NCBI RefSeq assembly: GCF_018350175.1
Contig: NC_058368.1
Coordinates: 112,408,001-112,472,000 of the forward strand
Direction: 5' to 3'
DNA length: 64,000 bases
Source of the DNA: Felis catus
Taxonomy: Eukaryota
Made by a program: the position numbers and the translations under genes. Positions 41,519 to 55,823 of the stretch are shown piece by piece. Position 1 is the first letter of the stretch. Each line of letters begins with the position of its first letter. Below the pieces are notes generated by a model. That model saw nothing but the letters and a program-made list of their open reading frames with translations. It had not been told where the DNA came from and did no database searches.

Positions 41519-42464
41519 TAGGGGACATGGAACAAGCTCCTCTAAGTGCCCACGAACAGGAAGGGTCCACTTACCAGAAGCTCGGCTTGACCACAATGAA
41601 ACATCATAATCCTCTGCTGGAAAAAAATGTCTCTGCCCGTCTTCTCCTTTGTCAAGCTTTCCTTTCGTGACTCCCCTGGAAAGTTCCGTGGTCTCCAGCT
41701 GCAGCGGGGCCGGTCGCTTGAGCCCGAGGCTGCCTGGGCACACACTGTGGGTTCCAGAGGGGAGAGGGCCCTTCCTCCCAGGCAGTGGCTCCCATACGTG
41801 GGACTAGAATAATGTCAGGCTGCCTGATCTTCTGGAACACATGTTCCTACCATGGGGCCCTGCTGCAGCCATACCCGTGTCTCCTTTGAACTCAGACCGG
41901 CAGTGAGGCCACCAATGTGGACATGGGAGGCTGGGTTTGACTTCTGGCCTGGCTTCTGACCTGGCCACCGAGTACTGTTCCTTCTGCCCTTCCCAGCAGG
42001 CATTTGTCTTACAACTGGAGTGGCAAGCAGGCATTGCTCTTGGCAGTGGCTGCTGAGAGGAAGTGAACACAGGCTGCCCCGTCAGGGGTTTTGCCCTGAT
42101 TCAAGGAGAACTTCCTGACCACAAAGGACACCAAGGGGGGTGGGGTAGTTCCTCCCCTGGAGATCTCCAACACAGAGAGACAAACACCCTGGGGCTGGGC
42201 TGCCTCTGAGGTGGCCTCAGGAAGTAGCTCTGCAGGAGACTCTGCTCTCCAAACTTTCCCCCTGCTTTCCTTCTGGGTCACTCCAAGGGCAGGGGTCTGC
42301 AAGGGAATGATGTCCCTACAAAGTTGGGGGCACATCTTTTGATTAACCATAGTTGACCCCGCTGAGTAACCTCCTCTTATTGTTTAGGTTTGGCAAATAT
42401 TCCTTCTTTCCTTCTTCCTCTTTGGATCCTTCTAACGCCCATCCTTCCTCCCACTAACCCGTAC

Positions 42465-42965
42465 TTAGTAACACCTGCTACTTCCCAGGTATTGTTCCGT
42501 GTGCCAGGGGTATACAGGTGAACAAGATGGACCAATTTGTGTCCTCTGTGGCACTTCTTATTTTTTCCTGGGGAGACAGACAAGATGCACACGAGGTAGC
42601 CATGGATTGTGCTGGGCATTGTAAAGTCAGTGAGTAGGGAGCAGAGGAGGCCAGTTGACGCTGGATGGTCAGGGAAGGTCTCTCTGGAAGAGGTGACTTT
42701 TGAGCTGAGGACTAGAGGATGAGAACGGCCAGTTAAACAAAGCACAGGGGCAAGAGCACGGTCAGCAGAGGGGAACAGGTCGAGCAAGGAGGAGGCCAGC
42801 AGGGCCAGAATGAAGACAAGTACGCCGACAGAGCGTGAGGCGGGAGCAGCCGGGCCACCAGGGGCTGGTCCTGCGGGGCCGCAGACCGGGCACAGGAGTG
42901 TGTCCTCATCCCGAGAGCACAGGGAGGCGCTCGATGCTTTTGCAAGATATTCTGGCTGCTCTGTA
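42465..42965 (-). mobile_element. LINE2 fragment (intron 6)
   Basis: ggtcagggaaggtctctctggaagaggtgacttttgagctgaggactagaggatgag is an L2-type motif. Confidence 0.65.
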
Positions 42966-43450
42966 GACGCGGGTGATGGGACCCTCCCACTCCTGGAGCT
43001 CACCCAGGTAGTATAGCTAGTAGTTCTTTATACAACGTGAGGACAGCAAGCCCTAGGAGTATGGCGACAGACCCCTTCTCAGTTGCAGAGTGGGGGTGGG
43101 CATGGGGCGATCGGGGGTTGGCTACCTAGAGAAATGACATTTCAGTCAAGTCCCAAAGAAGGAATAGGGGTCAGAGAAGCAAAGAAAGAAGGAAGGGCAG
43201 AGGGAATGGTGGGGCCAAAGCGTGGGGGTGGGAAGGACAAAGCCACATGAAGTCACTGAGAGCTGGCCGGAGGGGTAGGAGCTCATCAAAGCTCAGAGAG
43301 GTAAGCTTTGGTTCGGCTCTCCATCTCGTCTTGGGCTTCTACACAAGCCTGAGGCCCTTTGAGGCAAGACTGGCGACACCGTGTGTGCCTCTTGCCTGGG
43401 GAGCATCCCAGAACCTTTAGGGAAACCTCCATCCTCTCCCCTCCCCACAG

Positions 43451-43592
43451 GCCGCCGTGGCCGCCTCTGGGCTCAACACACTGCTTGAAGGTGATGGCCA
43501 GTTCACGCTGTTGGCCCCGACCAATGAGGCCTTCGAGAAGATCCCTGCTGAAACCTTGAACCGGATCCTGGGTGACCCAGAGGCCCTGAGAG
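43451..43592 (+). CDS. TGFBI: TGFBI exon 7 (FAS1-2)
   Basis: ccacag|[47 protein letters not shown]|gtgagc; 142 nt. Confidence 0.97.
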
Positions 43593-45764
43593 GTGAGCAC
43601 CCCTCAGCTCCTGCTGCCCCCTCACTGGAGCAGCAAGACTGAGCCTAAGGCCTGCTCTTGTCCAAGACAGACATGTGGCCTGATGTCCTGTCACAGGACA
43701 GACATGCCACCTGACATCCTGTCTCATTGCTCCCAACTGGCTCCATCTCTGCCGAAGCCAGAACAGAGCCATGGTTGGAGGGGCGAATACAGAATCTAGC
43801 CACCTTTGTCTAATGACACAGTTGGGCTGAGGAGCAAGGCAGAGTTGGAGGTCCAAAGCAGGCCCTGGCCAGACTCAGAAAGAGCTAAAGGCCTGAACGA
43901 TCAAAACCAGAGCAGGGCATCCAAGCAGGCAGCAGCTTGGAGGTGTGGGGAGGAGATGGCAGGTCCTGGCATCCTGGAAATGAACCCATCGTGCTGACCC
44001 TTGAATTCTTCCTATGTCTGGCCAGGGGCCTCATGGATAATCGAAAATTACAATTAAATTCAGTTACGGTCAACTTCATAGCAGAGTCCCTCAGTGTTTC
44101 CTCAGTGGGTTGCTTAGCTAGGGGTGCATTGATTATTGGAAGGACCATGCACGTGAGAGAAGGGAGGGGAGGGGAGGCCCGGCCCTCCCCGCCCCCTGCC
44201 ATTGCCCCCTTCAGCTCCACGAGTGCTGAGCCGCTCCTGCTGACCGCGAATCTCTTGCAGAGAGGAGTTGGTCCCAGGTCCCCTGTGGACCCCAACCCCA
44301 CTTAGTCATCCCGGCTATAATCCAGGGGTGACATCATTTCTTTTGAATCTATTTAAACACACCTTTGAAATCTACAATCTACAATACCTACTGCATTTCA
44401 GACACCCTGTAAACGTAAAATGTTCTCCTTGCAGCCACGCAGGGACGGGCGAGGGCACATTTCTGAGAGCACAGATGGGGATCTGTTGTGTCCAGATGTT
44501 GTGGCGCCTCTGTGCCTGGCGTGTGGCAGGAACTGGGGCCACACAAGGGAACATGGTACAGACTTGCCTTCAAGGAAGTTTAAACCTAGCTGGGCTTAAA
44601 GACAGGCCGTGGGTTCTGAAGACAGGCCGTGGTGACAGAGATGCCCCCACCCTCATGGGCACCTGCAGCCCGAGGCATCCCAAAGCTTCCTGGAGTTGCT
44701 GAGACTTGGGTCCATCTCAGCACACTGAACTTGCCATTCAGAGCTATGCTTCCCGTAGCACCTGTTTTGTGCAGAGCACATTTGCATCTTTGTAGATATC
44801 AGAATTCCTGATGAGAAGCAAAAGACACTAATTTTTCCCTTTTGCACATCTGCCTTTTCCTGCTCAGTAACCCATTTGCTCTAAGCAAGAGCCCTCTGCA
44901 CAGGGCTCTGGCTGGCGGGCTTGAAGGCAGAGGGACAGGAGTGCAGCCGGACAGGCTCTGTTGTTTCTAGTGGGTTGGCAGACAAGCGAGAGGCCCGGGC
45001 TGGCGTGCCTTGTTGGAAGACTGGCTTCCAGCCCTGGCCCTGCTCTCCCTCCCAGTGGCCCTAGTGGGTCACCCCACCCTGCCTTCAGTTTCCTTCCCTG
45101 AGAAGCTAAATCCCGAGGCCTCTTTCCCATAGCGACCCAGCTGTCCTTTCTCTCCCGCCGGCCGAAGGGCGTCAGCACTGGCTTTCAAGGCCCCCAACGC
45201 CCCTGCAGCAGCCCTGTGACTCTGCAGGTCCTCAGGGCTTCCTCCTGTCCGTGACTGTGCGGTTTTGGTTCTCACACTCGGCACAGATTGAGACACGCCT
45301 CTGTGGCGAGAACATAAGACAAAGGGCCCTGAGTGGCCATCTGGGAACTTGTTTTGCGTGGCTGGGGTCATGAGCCGCCCCCCCCCACTGCCCCTTACAG
45401 CTTCCTCAGGGCCCCCAACTTCTGCCCCGTCCCTGAAGGGCTCCTGGACAAGTAAATAAAGGATTCTATTTATGATTTATGGGTGGGGTGAATGCAGTGG
45501 CAAAGACCGTGTCTTTTTGGTCACTGTCCCCAGCCCCTAAGCAAGGTCCTGGCAACTAGGAGACCCTTGGGTAAAATGAACAAAAACAGATAAAATGAGC
45601 AAATACTCCCAGAACTCTCATTTGCTATAGTTTCCATCTTTGCCTCTCACATTTTACATTTTCTAAAGGTCTGTCGATAAAAAGTCCCAGGGTGAACTCA
45701 CTTTGAGGTTCAGGTACTAGTAAGAGAATTCCCCTTAGATTCAGGTACAAATGAGCCAGTCATT

Positions 45765-46444
<680 letters not shown>

Positions 46445-47159
46445 TAGGGATCTGGGGGGCCATTTCCTTGCCTGCACGCAGCTCACAGCCTCTCAGGAGA
46501 AAGGGCCTGGGCCCCTGTTGGGTTGCAGCCGGGACTGAAGCATCTTGAGCTGCCGGCCTAGGAGTCCAGGCGTTTCCTTGGAGGCAGTGGAGGAAGCTCA
46601 AGGGAGGTTGGAGGGAGCTGGGGAGGGAGCCGCTCGATCACAGAAGAAGCCTTTCAGAAGATCTGCCTGCACAGAGGGCCATTTGCTGACCTCAGAGCAT
46701 GTGCCTTCTCAATGATGCCCAAGCATCCCAGAGTCGCTGACCCTGGGAGAAATGACCGAATGGACTTTGGCTTGGGTTTCATTCAGCATGCTAGCTAGCC
46801 CCATTCTGGACTTCGAGGGAGGTCGGTTGCTCAGGAGTGAAGCAATTTCACAGGAAAGAAACCAAACCAGAAGAAGACTTTGTACGGGTGTGGTTGCTGG
46901 CATTATCTACTGCTCAGAAGCCATGACACGGATGGCGCTGCCCTGCTGCAGGCATTAGCCGGTGCCCTGACCAAGGGTGGGGACAGAGGCCAGCCCCTGC
47001 TCGCCTGCACCTCCCCTCACTCCCCTGCCCAGTGAGACCTGGCGACCAGTGCCCTGATGACACGAGCCCGCTGCGCCCCAGCAGTGCCGAGAGGGCTGTT
47101 GACTTGCAGGATGACATTCCTGCTGGTGTGTGTCACGCTCTGGGGTGGACGGATGATAA

Positions 47160-47453
<294 letters not shown>

Positions 47454-47928
47454 TAGCACTCCCACCCAGCTCAACAGAAACCTCGGAGGCTCTGGCACAT
47501 CATTTGGCAGAGCAGAGAATGCATTTTGGGGATCTGGTCCCCAGAATTCAAAAGTTCACATCTGGCCAGAGAGCAGAGCACTCTCATGCCTTTTTATGTA
47601 CAGAATCAATCGCCCATGTGATCATCAGAAGGTCAGAGTGAGGATACAGCTGAGCTGTGGTCATGGGGAAGGCGGAGGAGGGGGCCAAATGGTGTCCATG
47701 CCTTCCCCTCCCTCCACGGGCAAATCTCCAAACACCCTCGATTATCTAGAGCTTTTTGTTTGGTTAATTTGCAGAAGATGGCAGATGTTAAGGAATTTGG
47801 CAGCCTTACTGCATTTCTCAATCTCCCGTTTCCAAACTTAAGGAGGGTTGGCCTTCTCACTACATTTGTCTCTCATTCTCTTCCTTTCTGGAGCATGCCT
47901 CTGGACCTACGCACACCTTCCCTTACAG

Positions 47929-48074
47929 ATGGAACCCCTAACATTGATGCGCGCACAAAGAATTTGCTTCTCAATCACTTGATTAAAGAGCAGCTGGCCT
48001 CCAAGTATCTGTACCATGGACAGACCCTCAACACTCTAGGTGGCAAAAAACTGAGAGTTTTTATTTATCGCAAT
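47929..48074 (+). CDS. TGFBI: TGFBI exon 10 (FAS1-3)
   Basis: ttacag|...[48 protein letters not shown]|gtaagt; 146 nt. Confidence 0.97.
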
Positions 48075-48151
48075 GTAAGTTCTGGTTCCCCAATTGTCCT
48101 CTTTCTTTGTCTCAGGTCTAAGAAATGGAAGCTGTATTAGTGGTAAAAGAA

Positions 48152-48262
48152 CATATATGTCTATGTCTATGTCTATGTCTATGTATGTGTGTATATACGT
48201 ATATATTGTATATGTATGTGTGTATATATATATACATACCTATTTTATATATATATATATAT

Positions 48263-48295
<33 letters not shown>

Positions 48296-48347
48296 TAAAA
48301 TCTCAATAAACAGAAGCTTGCCTGAGTATGTGTGTGTATATATATAT
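48152..48347. repeat. Compound (TATGTC)n/(TA)n/(CA)n microsatellite in intron 10
   Basis: Directly visible tandem units starting ~80 nt after exon 10. Confidence 0.9.
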
Positions 48348-49054
48348 ACTGATTTCTAATAAGGAAGGAAGGAATTTCTGGAAAGTATCTTATTTGAAAG
48401 GATCAAAATGGGAAACTGTAGAAGGATTAGAATCTCCTTTGCTGGCAGCCTTTGGGAATAAACCACACAGCGGTCTCAGCTGTCTGGGTAGGCAGCCGTC
48501 AGCCTTAAGCTCAGAGTGATGAACAGGGGAGGAGGAATGGAGGTTTTAAATCCTTGGCTTATGTGAACAGAAGCCCCCTTAACTGAATGAGCACAGCCCT
48601 TCCTGGTCCAAAAGGCTCTTTTCTCTCTTCTCCAGTCTCTTTTCTGTCTTCAAACCCAACAAAATATCAAACAGGAAGCACACCACAATGCAGTCCTTCC
48701 TTGGAACCATCCAGTACCATTGACTAAAGATGGTTGTCATCTGTTACACAGATGAGTCAATAGACTCGATCTATTGATTTGACCACTGTTGATGGACACC
48801 ACGTGTGATGGGATATTCTCATTAGGGGACCTCTCTATATCTTTATTGGGGCCCGATAGCCATTTTTCCTCAACACAATTTTTATTTTTTCTCTTCTGGA
48901 GAAAACACATTTTATCCTAGTCTTAATGACCCACACCAGTGTATATCCATTGATCTTTGCAGATGAAGCCATCAGCAGGCAAATGCCCTGACCAAATTAT
49001 GAGGCCCCCATGTGGGAGGATAACGTGCCCTTTCTCTGCTCCTCTTTTGCATAG

Positions 49055-49192
<138 letters not shown>

Positions 49193-49977
49193 TAACCAGC
49201 TTCTCCCAAGTGGTCATGCTGGGGCAGGACGTTGGGTCTCAGCTCTCTGTCAAGCTCCCCACTTCCTCGGGGATTCAGTTAATGCTGACAGAGCACTGGT
49301 CACCTTCCAGGCTGGGGATCTGGGAAGGGTGAAGGTCAGACTGGAAGCTTAGGTTGATAAAAAGGGTTATTTCTGGGAATGTGATTCTCACATCCTTGGG
49401 AACAGGGAGGGGGCGACATTTTTGTATTGAAGTCCGAGGAAGACATCATATTCTCTTTTTAAAGTCCCAAGTAAGTGGAGAGCACCTGGTTTTGAGTGTG
49501 GGATGAATCTCGCTCTGAGCGATATCCACTCATGGCGCCCGGAGACTCCCAGCTGCTCCTTCTCAGGCTCCCTGTGTTGCTTTGCTTTCTTGCTCCTCTC
49601 TCTCCTTTTCTGACTTGCTCACTTACCACAGGGTGCTCTGACACCGGAGTCTGGGAGACCAGCCAGGCACTCCCCTGAATCGTATCCCCAGGGCCCGGCG
49701 GCTCGGCCAGTCTGTGGGTTGGCCATGCTGCCGGCCTCTCCCTTCCTCCTTCCCTCTCTGGCTTCTGACTTCCGGCCATTTGACTGAGCTTAGCATTTAT
49801 GGAGAGAAGGTGCAGACTGGAATCTTCCCTCTTTGTGTACGAACCGGGAGTGAAAACCAGCCAGGGGTGTGAATTCCATTGCTGGGCCCCACCTACCCAC
49901 AGTGGGGAGGCATTTGGGAAAGTGACCGCCCCTCTCCCCACCACAGGCAGGTGACATTTTCTCTGCTGTCTCCACAG

Positions 49978-50108
49978 CATGCTGGTGGCCGCCATCCAGT
50001 CTGCAGGGCTGACAGAGATGCTCAACAGGGAAGGCGTCTACACGGTCTTTGCTCCTACAAATGAAGCCTTCCAGGCCATGCCACCGGGAGAGCTCAACAA
50101 ACTCCTGG
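49978..50108 (+). CDS. TGFBI: TGFBI exon 12 (FAS1-4)
   Basis: ccacag|...[43 protein letters not shown]|gtaaag; 131 nt. Confidence 0.97.
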
Positions 50109-50759
50109 GTAAAGACCAACTGAAGTACATTTTCCATGGTTTCTAAAGTGACCGTATCGGTCAGGGGACCCGCAGGAAACAGGTGGCACGTTACAGAGGG
50201 TTTCACTGGAAGGAACTGAATGAGGAGGCTGTTTGTAAAACTATGGGCAGGAGGAAGGGACCAGCAAAGGGTGATGACACCCAGGCCTGGGGGTGGGGAG
50301 GAAGGTGGAGGAGGGGACAGGGAGAACCAGAGCTTCAGAGGAGGGACACAGGACAGCAGCCAGAGCCACACACAGCTGCTGGCAGAACCAGGGCAAGGGG
50401 GCCAGGACTACCTTAGCCTCGTTCTCTTCCCACATGCCCGTTGCCGTGGGCCTCCTATCAGCTGTGAGTTGGGGGGACACGGGGCAAGGGAGCCTGGACA
50501 ATGTGCTTCACAGCCATCGGCCTCCCTGAGAACCGTACAAGGCAGAGAAGAGTGGAAAGGCATTGAGTGGGTAACAGCCAGCCTGGTCACTGAGACATGT
50601 CTGCCGCTGAGGACAGCGATAACGAAGCCATGTACCTTCACGAAACGTCCCTCAGGATAAAAGCTTTACCAACAAGCTATTCCTGGCCCTGAGAAATTTA
50701 GTTGAGGATGTTTCAGAGGTGATCCTCGCAGTTCAGAGCTTGGGCTCTGGGATTAACTC

Positions 50760-50895
50760 AAAGCTGCTTCCCATCCTGGCTCGGACATTCACCAGCTGAG
50801 TGACCTCTAGCAAGTTGCTTAACCTCTCTGAGCTTCAGTTTTCCCATTAGAAAAACGAGAGCACCTTGCTGTGTGTTGTGCGGAATAAATGTGCT
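50760..50895. mobile_element. MIR (intron 12)
   Basis: agctgagtgacctctagcaagttgcttaacctctctgagcttcagttttcccat. Confidence 0.7.
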
Positions 50896-52502
50896 GCTGG
50901 GCGCTGGGCACGCGTCCTCCCTCGGGGTTGGCTACGATGAGGAGGGGGTGGGGTGGGGGTGCAGTGTTGAGCTTGCTCTTGACACACACACCTCACAAAA
51001 AAATGAGCCTGAGGAGGAAGAGGTGGGGGGGGGAGAGGGAGGAGGAGGAGGAGGAAGGACCTTGGCCAGACCTTGGGGCCCACATCATAGACACCTTCCT
51101 TCCTGCTCTGGAGCAGGAGAATAGGAAATTCAGGTTGTAGGCAGCCCCGAGCTGAACTTGTGTTCTGTTTAAGATTCTTTATTGCCTGGTAAACGCCTGT
51201 CTCTTTGATGCTGACGTATGTTCCCGAGAAGAGGGGAGAAGTTCCTTCTGAACATAAACTTGTTCCATCCTCTCTGTGTCCAGCAGGACTGCAATATTCC
51301 CCAGTGGCCTCGGGCCTGCTCGGCCTCCCTCGCGTGTTCGGTCGTGCAGGAGCAGGGACGGGGTGGGATGTTGGTGTGCCCAAGGCTGCCCACACACACC
51401 TTCCGCCAGGTCCGCGGGCAGGAATAGCCCCCAGCCCTCCTGGGAGACAGAGACGGAAGGCCGTCCAGGTGTAAGAGGTCAATCCAGGTGTTAAATGTCT
51501 CGGAAGAAAGAAGCCTCTCGCACCCCCTGGGGGCCGACTGGGCGCAGCAGCTCCCGGCAGTATTTTCGTGGAATGGGAATCCGTGGCCGCCAGGCTGTGG
51601 GTGTTTGGAAATTACTTGGTACCTGGTGTCTCCATCCCACGGGCACTGATGTGGATTTGTCAGTAACCAAGTGAACTCTCCAAGATGCTTTAAAACTTCC
51701 CCCGTTCTCAGTTTCGAGATGCTGGAAATAGCCATCCACAGGCCCTGGGGAAATCTAGCCACTGGGCTGGGACTGTGAGTGTCGGGGCGGCCGTGATGGA
51801 GAGGAGAGGGCAGCTGGCGGCTTCAGGCATTGCCTCCCACACTTAATTTGGAAAATGCCTGTGCACCTTTATGAGCAATCGGATGCTCTCCCCAGTTGGT
51901 GGAGGAGCTGATGTGGGCTGGAAGGAATGTTGAGACGTGACGGGAGGGGCGCCGTGGAGGGAATGCCCCCCTCAGCCCTGACCTCATCGGCTCCACAGCC
52001 CCCCCCCCCCAGACTGCAGCTGTTGACTCTTTTAAGTTCTCCCTTCAGGAAACAGCGGCCGCAGAATATGCATTTGAGGGCAGAACGTGTAAATATTTCA
52101 CTACTGTGTTATAACCATCGGGAGCCATGCTGATGATGAAATGTCCCAGATGCCGGGGCTGGAAAGGTTCCTAGCTTTCCAAGCAAATATTTAGCTCATG
52201 GAAAAATGAGTCATACTCATAGAGGAGTATGGATTAACTCCTTCTCGGCATCACAGAGAGCTCTCGCTTAGCCCATCAGCCCCCTGACTGCCGAGGCAGA
52301 TGCAGGGCCACAGACATGGGCCTTTTTCCCCTGAGCCTTAGGCAGGTGGCGGGGGCGGGGGGGGGGGGGTCCGAGGGGTGAGCACACGGCAGGTGCTCAA
52401 GGAGTGCTCGTTACCTGTTCAGGGAGTTCTCCATGTCAGGCATCACCGCTCGCATGCCCTCTGGGCCCTCCTTGACCACGCCAGTGACCAGCCTTGGAAT
52501 GA

Positions 52503-52772
<270 letters not shown>

Positions 52773-53935
52773 TGAATCTCTGAGTGCATTCTGTCCAAAG
52801 AAAGAAAAGAGAAAAGGGTTTTCAGGGAAATGAGGCGAGACTGTGGCGGCACACAAATAAGAACTTGCAGATTTGCTCAGGAATCAAGCATCCGACTGAC
52901 ATCTGGGAGAGGCCATTAGATCTTCCTCCCCTTAAAGAGACGATGGGCAATTACTTACGCGTCTTGAGGAATCAGTCCCCCCGGCCCCTTCCCGCCCCAT
53001 CCCTTCCAGTCTGGGGCTCGCTGAGCTGTACCATGTGCCAGACCATCCCAAGAGCCCTTTCCTTCAGATGCTTGGTCTGCAAGCTTTCCCTTGCTCTGCA
53101 CTTTGATAACACACATTCCGCTCTGAAGCTGCCTCAGGGGGTTCTTACCTTGAAGAGAGAGAAGAGATAGCTGGCCCCGCTCCGTGAAGCTGCCCGTGGC
53201 CTCCCTGGCTGCACCTGGCAAGGTCACTGGGCTTCCCCATGGAGGGACCGCTCATCTAGTATGTGGCTGGCTCGGCCTCTGCTGCCTGCTCCTCTCTCCC
53301 ATCCTTCCCCCATCCCTTTGCATATCACTTCCCCATGAGGAAGCATGGCAAGGGGTAGGAATGTGATGACTAGTTGACTTCTGCAGGTCCCCTGAGAATC
53401 TCCCAGCTCCTCGTTTGGGGTGTTGGGATGCTGTCACAGGCTTCCGTTCTTCCTTCCCCCTTGGGATGACACCTGAGGTTCAGGAAGGACAGAGAGAGAC
53501 ACCCGGGTGCGCTTCCTATGGGAGAGGTAAGGCACTGAGGACGAGTGGAAGGAAGGAGCCCTGCACCAGAACTGGAGGCCCAGCTTCTGTTCCCAGCCAT
53601 CCCACCCGCTTAGCTTAAAGGAGGCACCTGGCCTCTCTTGAATCTCTGTTTCTCTTCTGCTAAGTGAGACGATGACATCTGTGTCTTTACCACATGTCGC
53701 TGTGAGGACCAAGTGACTAGCACGGAAGGGTGTTTTGTAAATTACACCGGGCTGAGGCACACAAGGGATCAGAAAGAGTCCGCCAGACTGAAGGTGTGGC
53801 TGGCAGGGACCGTTCCATTCACCAGGTGTCCCTCACACTTAGCACAGTCTCTGGCATCCAGAACTGCTCACTGAGCACTTGCTGAGAGTAAGATACGTAT
53901 GGTCTATGTTCAACAGTGGTCTCTTTTTCTCCCAG

Positions 53936-54038
53936 AAAAACAATGTAGTGAATGTCAATAAGGAGCCTGTTGCTGAAGCTGACATCATGGCCACAAATGG
54001 CGTGGTCTATGCCATCTCTAGTGTCCTGCAGCCTCCAG
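53936..54038 (+). CDS. TGFBI: TGFBI exon 14 (FAS1-4)
   Basis: tcccag|[34 protein letters not shown]|gtaagg; 103 nt. Confidence 0.97.
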
Positions 54039-54617
54039 GTAAGGCCCTAAAGTACCCCATGGCCCCTCAGTCTGCAGCTGACTCTTCTCCACACAGCAGC
54101 TGGTACTCGACAGGAAAACTGTTCGAAGCGAAGATTAGTGTGCAACGTGCCCACAGAGGGTCCGTGGCCAGCATCGCTGTGGCTGATCCAAAAGTGAATT
54201 AGGAACTGTTGGTTTCAAACGCGCTACCCCAGAAACTCAAGCCAGATTTCTTTTTGTTGAATTGCCTGGCTGTCTTCACCCCACTCAGACACAGACACAG
54301 ACGCGGCTTTCTCACACGTGGATGCTGGGAACGTGGTTCCAAGCACGCTTCTTACATCTCGCCTCATGGGAGCTCTCTTTACCTCCAGCAAAGTTGAACT
54401 TGAGTCCAGCCTCTGTCTGCACTGTGCATTCACCTTTCTTGGAGCTCTCTCCCCATGGGCCAGATTCCATCCACCCTCAGTTATGAAAAATTTTAAAGGA
54501 AAAATTCATCGGCGAATGTGAGGCAGGAAACCCAACAGTGCCCCTCAGTCACGGTCGCTATGAATGCCGTGCTAATAGTTTTGCTCTCACCAAAGTTGCC
54601 TTTTCTTTCATCACCAG

Positions 54618-54697
54618 CCATCAGACCTCAGGAGCGAGGGGATGAACTTGCAGACTCTGCACTTGAAATCTTCAAACAGGCGTCTGCATATTCCAGG
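54618..54697 (+). CDS. TGFBI: TGFBI exon 15 (RGD motif at 54635-54643)
   Basis: caccag|...IRPQERGDELADSALEIFKQASAYSR|gtaaga; 80 nt. Confidence 0.97.
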
Positions 54698-55798
54698 GTA
54701 AGACGCGGCTAGGTTTGCCTGTGGCCTCAGCACCCTTGGTGCCTCTGCTTGGGCCCCTGGTTGGGGAGGGCTCTCTGGGTCCCTGTCTTCCTTGGCTGCC
54801 CTCCCAGGGCTCCCGTGAAACTTCTCCTCACTCCCATTCAGGAATCCTTAGCACTGGCCTGTGTGGAGTTCAGAGAAAAGAACCCAGGCAGCCCCTGTAC
54901 CTTTGTGGGCCAAAACCCAGGCCTATAAACCAAGGCCTCTGAGCCTCATTCTATGGGGAAGCCCATAGAATGCTGGTGAAAACAGATAAAGCTCTAGAAT
55001 CCATCTATCCAACCAGGGCAACCCATCCCAAATCAGCCTTCCTGCTGATTTCCACAGTGTGGCCTCTACGTGGCCTCTAAGTCACCCTCTGGTTTCCATG
55101 ATGTGGCCCGTCTTGGGTGATGCTGGGGCTCTTCAGGGTAGTGGTGAGGATTCTGGATACAGGGCAAGTGTGTGTGTGAAACCTCCCTTCCTTGCTCCAG
55201 CTTCTCTTTCCTCGCAGAGCCTCTGTGATTCTTCCTGGGCTTCTGTTCCTGCTCCCCAGCTTGCCCAGGGCCTCCTAGAAGCCCCACTCAGGCTCCTTTG
55301 CTGCTTCGAGTGAGGTGGAGCCCCTTGGGAATATGGGCACCTTACAGAAGACAAGAGGGTGCGGCTGGAGGTGGTTCTTACCCCAGAGACCCAGAGCTGG
55401 AATATGTCCTCTGCTTTTGGACAGAGAGGTCTCCTCAGTGCCCCTTGAGAAGGGTTCTTGGCTCTGAGCTCCTACTCCTCAGGGCCACCCCCTGTGCCAT
55501 CCCAGCTGTCCAGGCTCTAGGCTTTGGTCTCTGTGGAAGTCAGGTTTTGTGGTCTCCCAGGAATACCCACCTCAGACTCTAGTTGGTTGGGGCTTACACT
55601 TCACTTGGGGCTGCTGACACTGACTGAGGGGCTCCCTGGGGCCCAGCAGCTACACATTCCCATTCCTCTCCCTCACCCCTGGCATTTTTTGTGAGTAGTG
55701 TGGCAGGGGGCAAAACCATTGCTGTGAACACATGCAGGGACAGCTTTCACTGGAAAACTTGACACTTTGTGCGTTTTTTTGTTTGTTTGTTTTTTCAG

Positions 55799-55823
55799 GC
55801 CGCCCGGACCTCTGTGAAACTAG
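55799..55823 (+). CDS. TGFBI: TGFBI exon 16 (25-nt micro-exon)
   Basis: Long T-rich tract, tttcag|AARTSVKL|gtaagt. Its length restores the frame between exons 15 and 17. Confidence 0.93.

Noticed and set aside
49931..49977. Extra AGs (ccacag/gcag) upstream of the exon 12 acceptor
   Set aside because: Their use would frameshift or introduce an immediate TGA; no support for function
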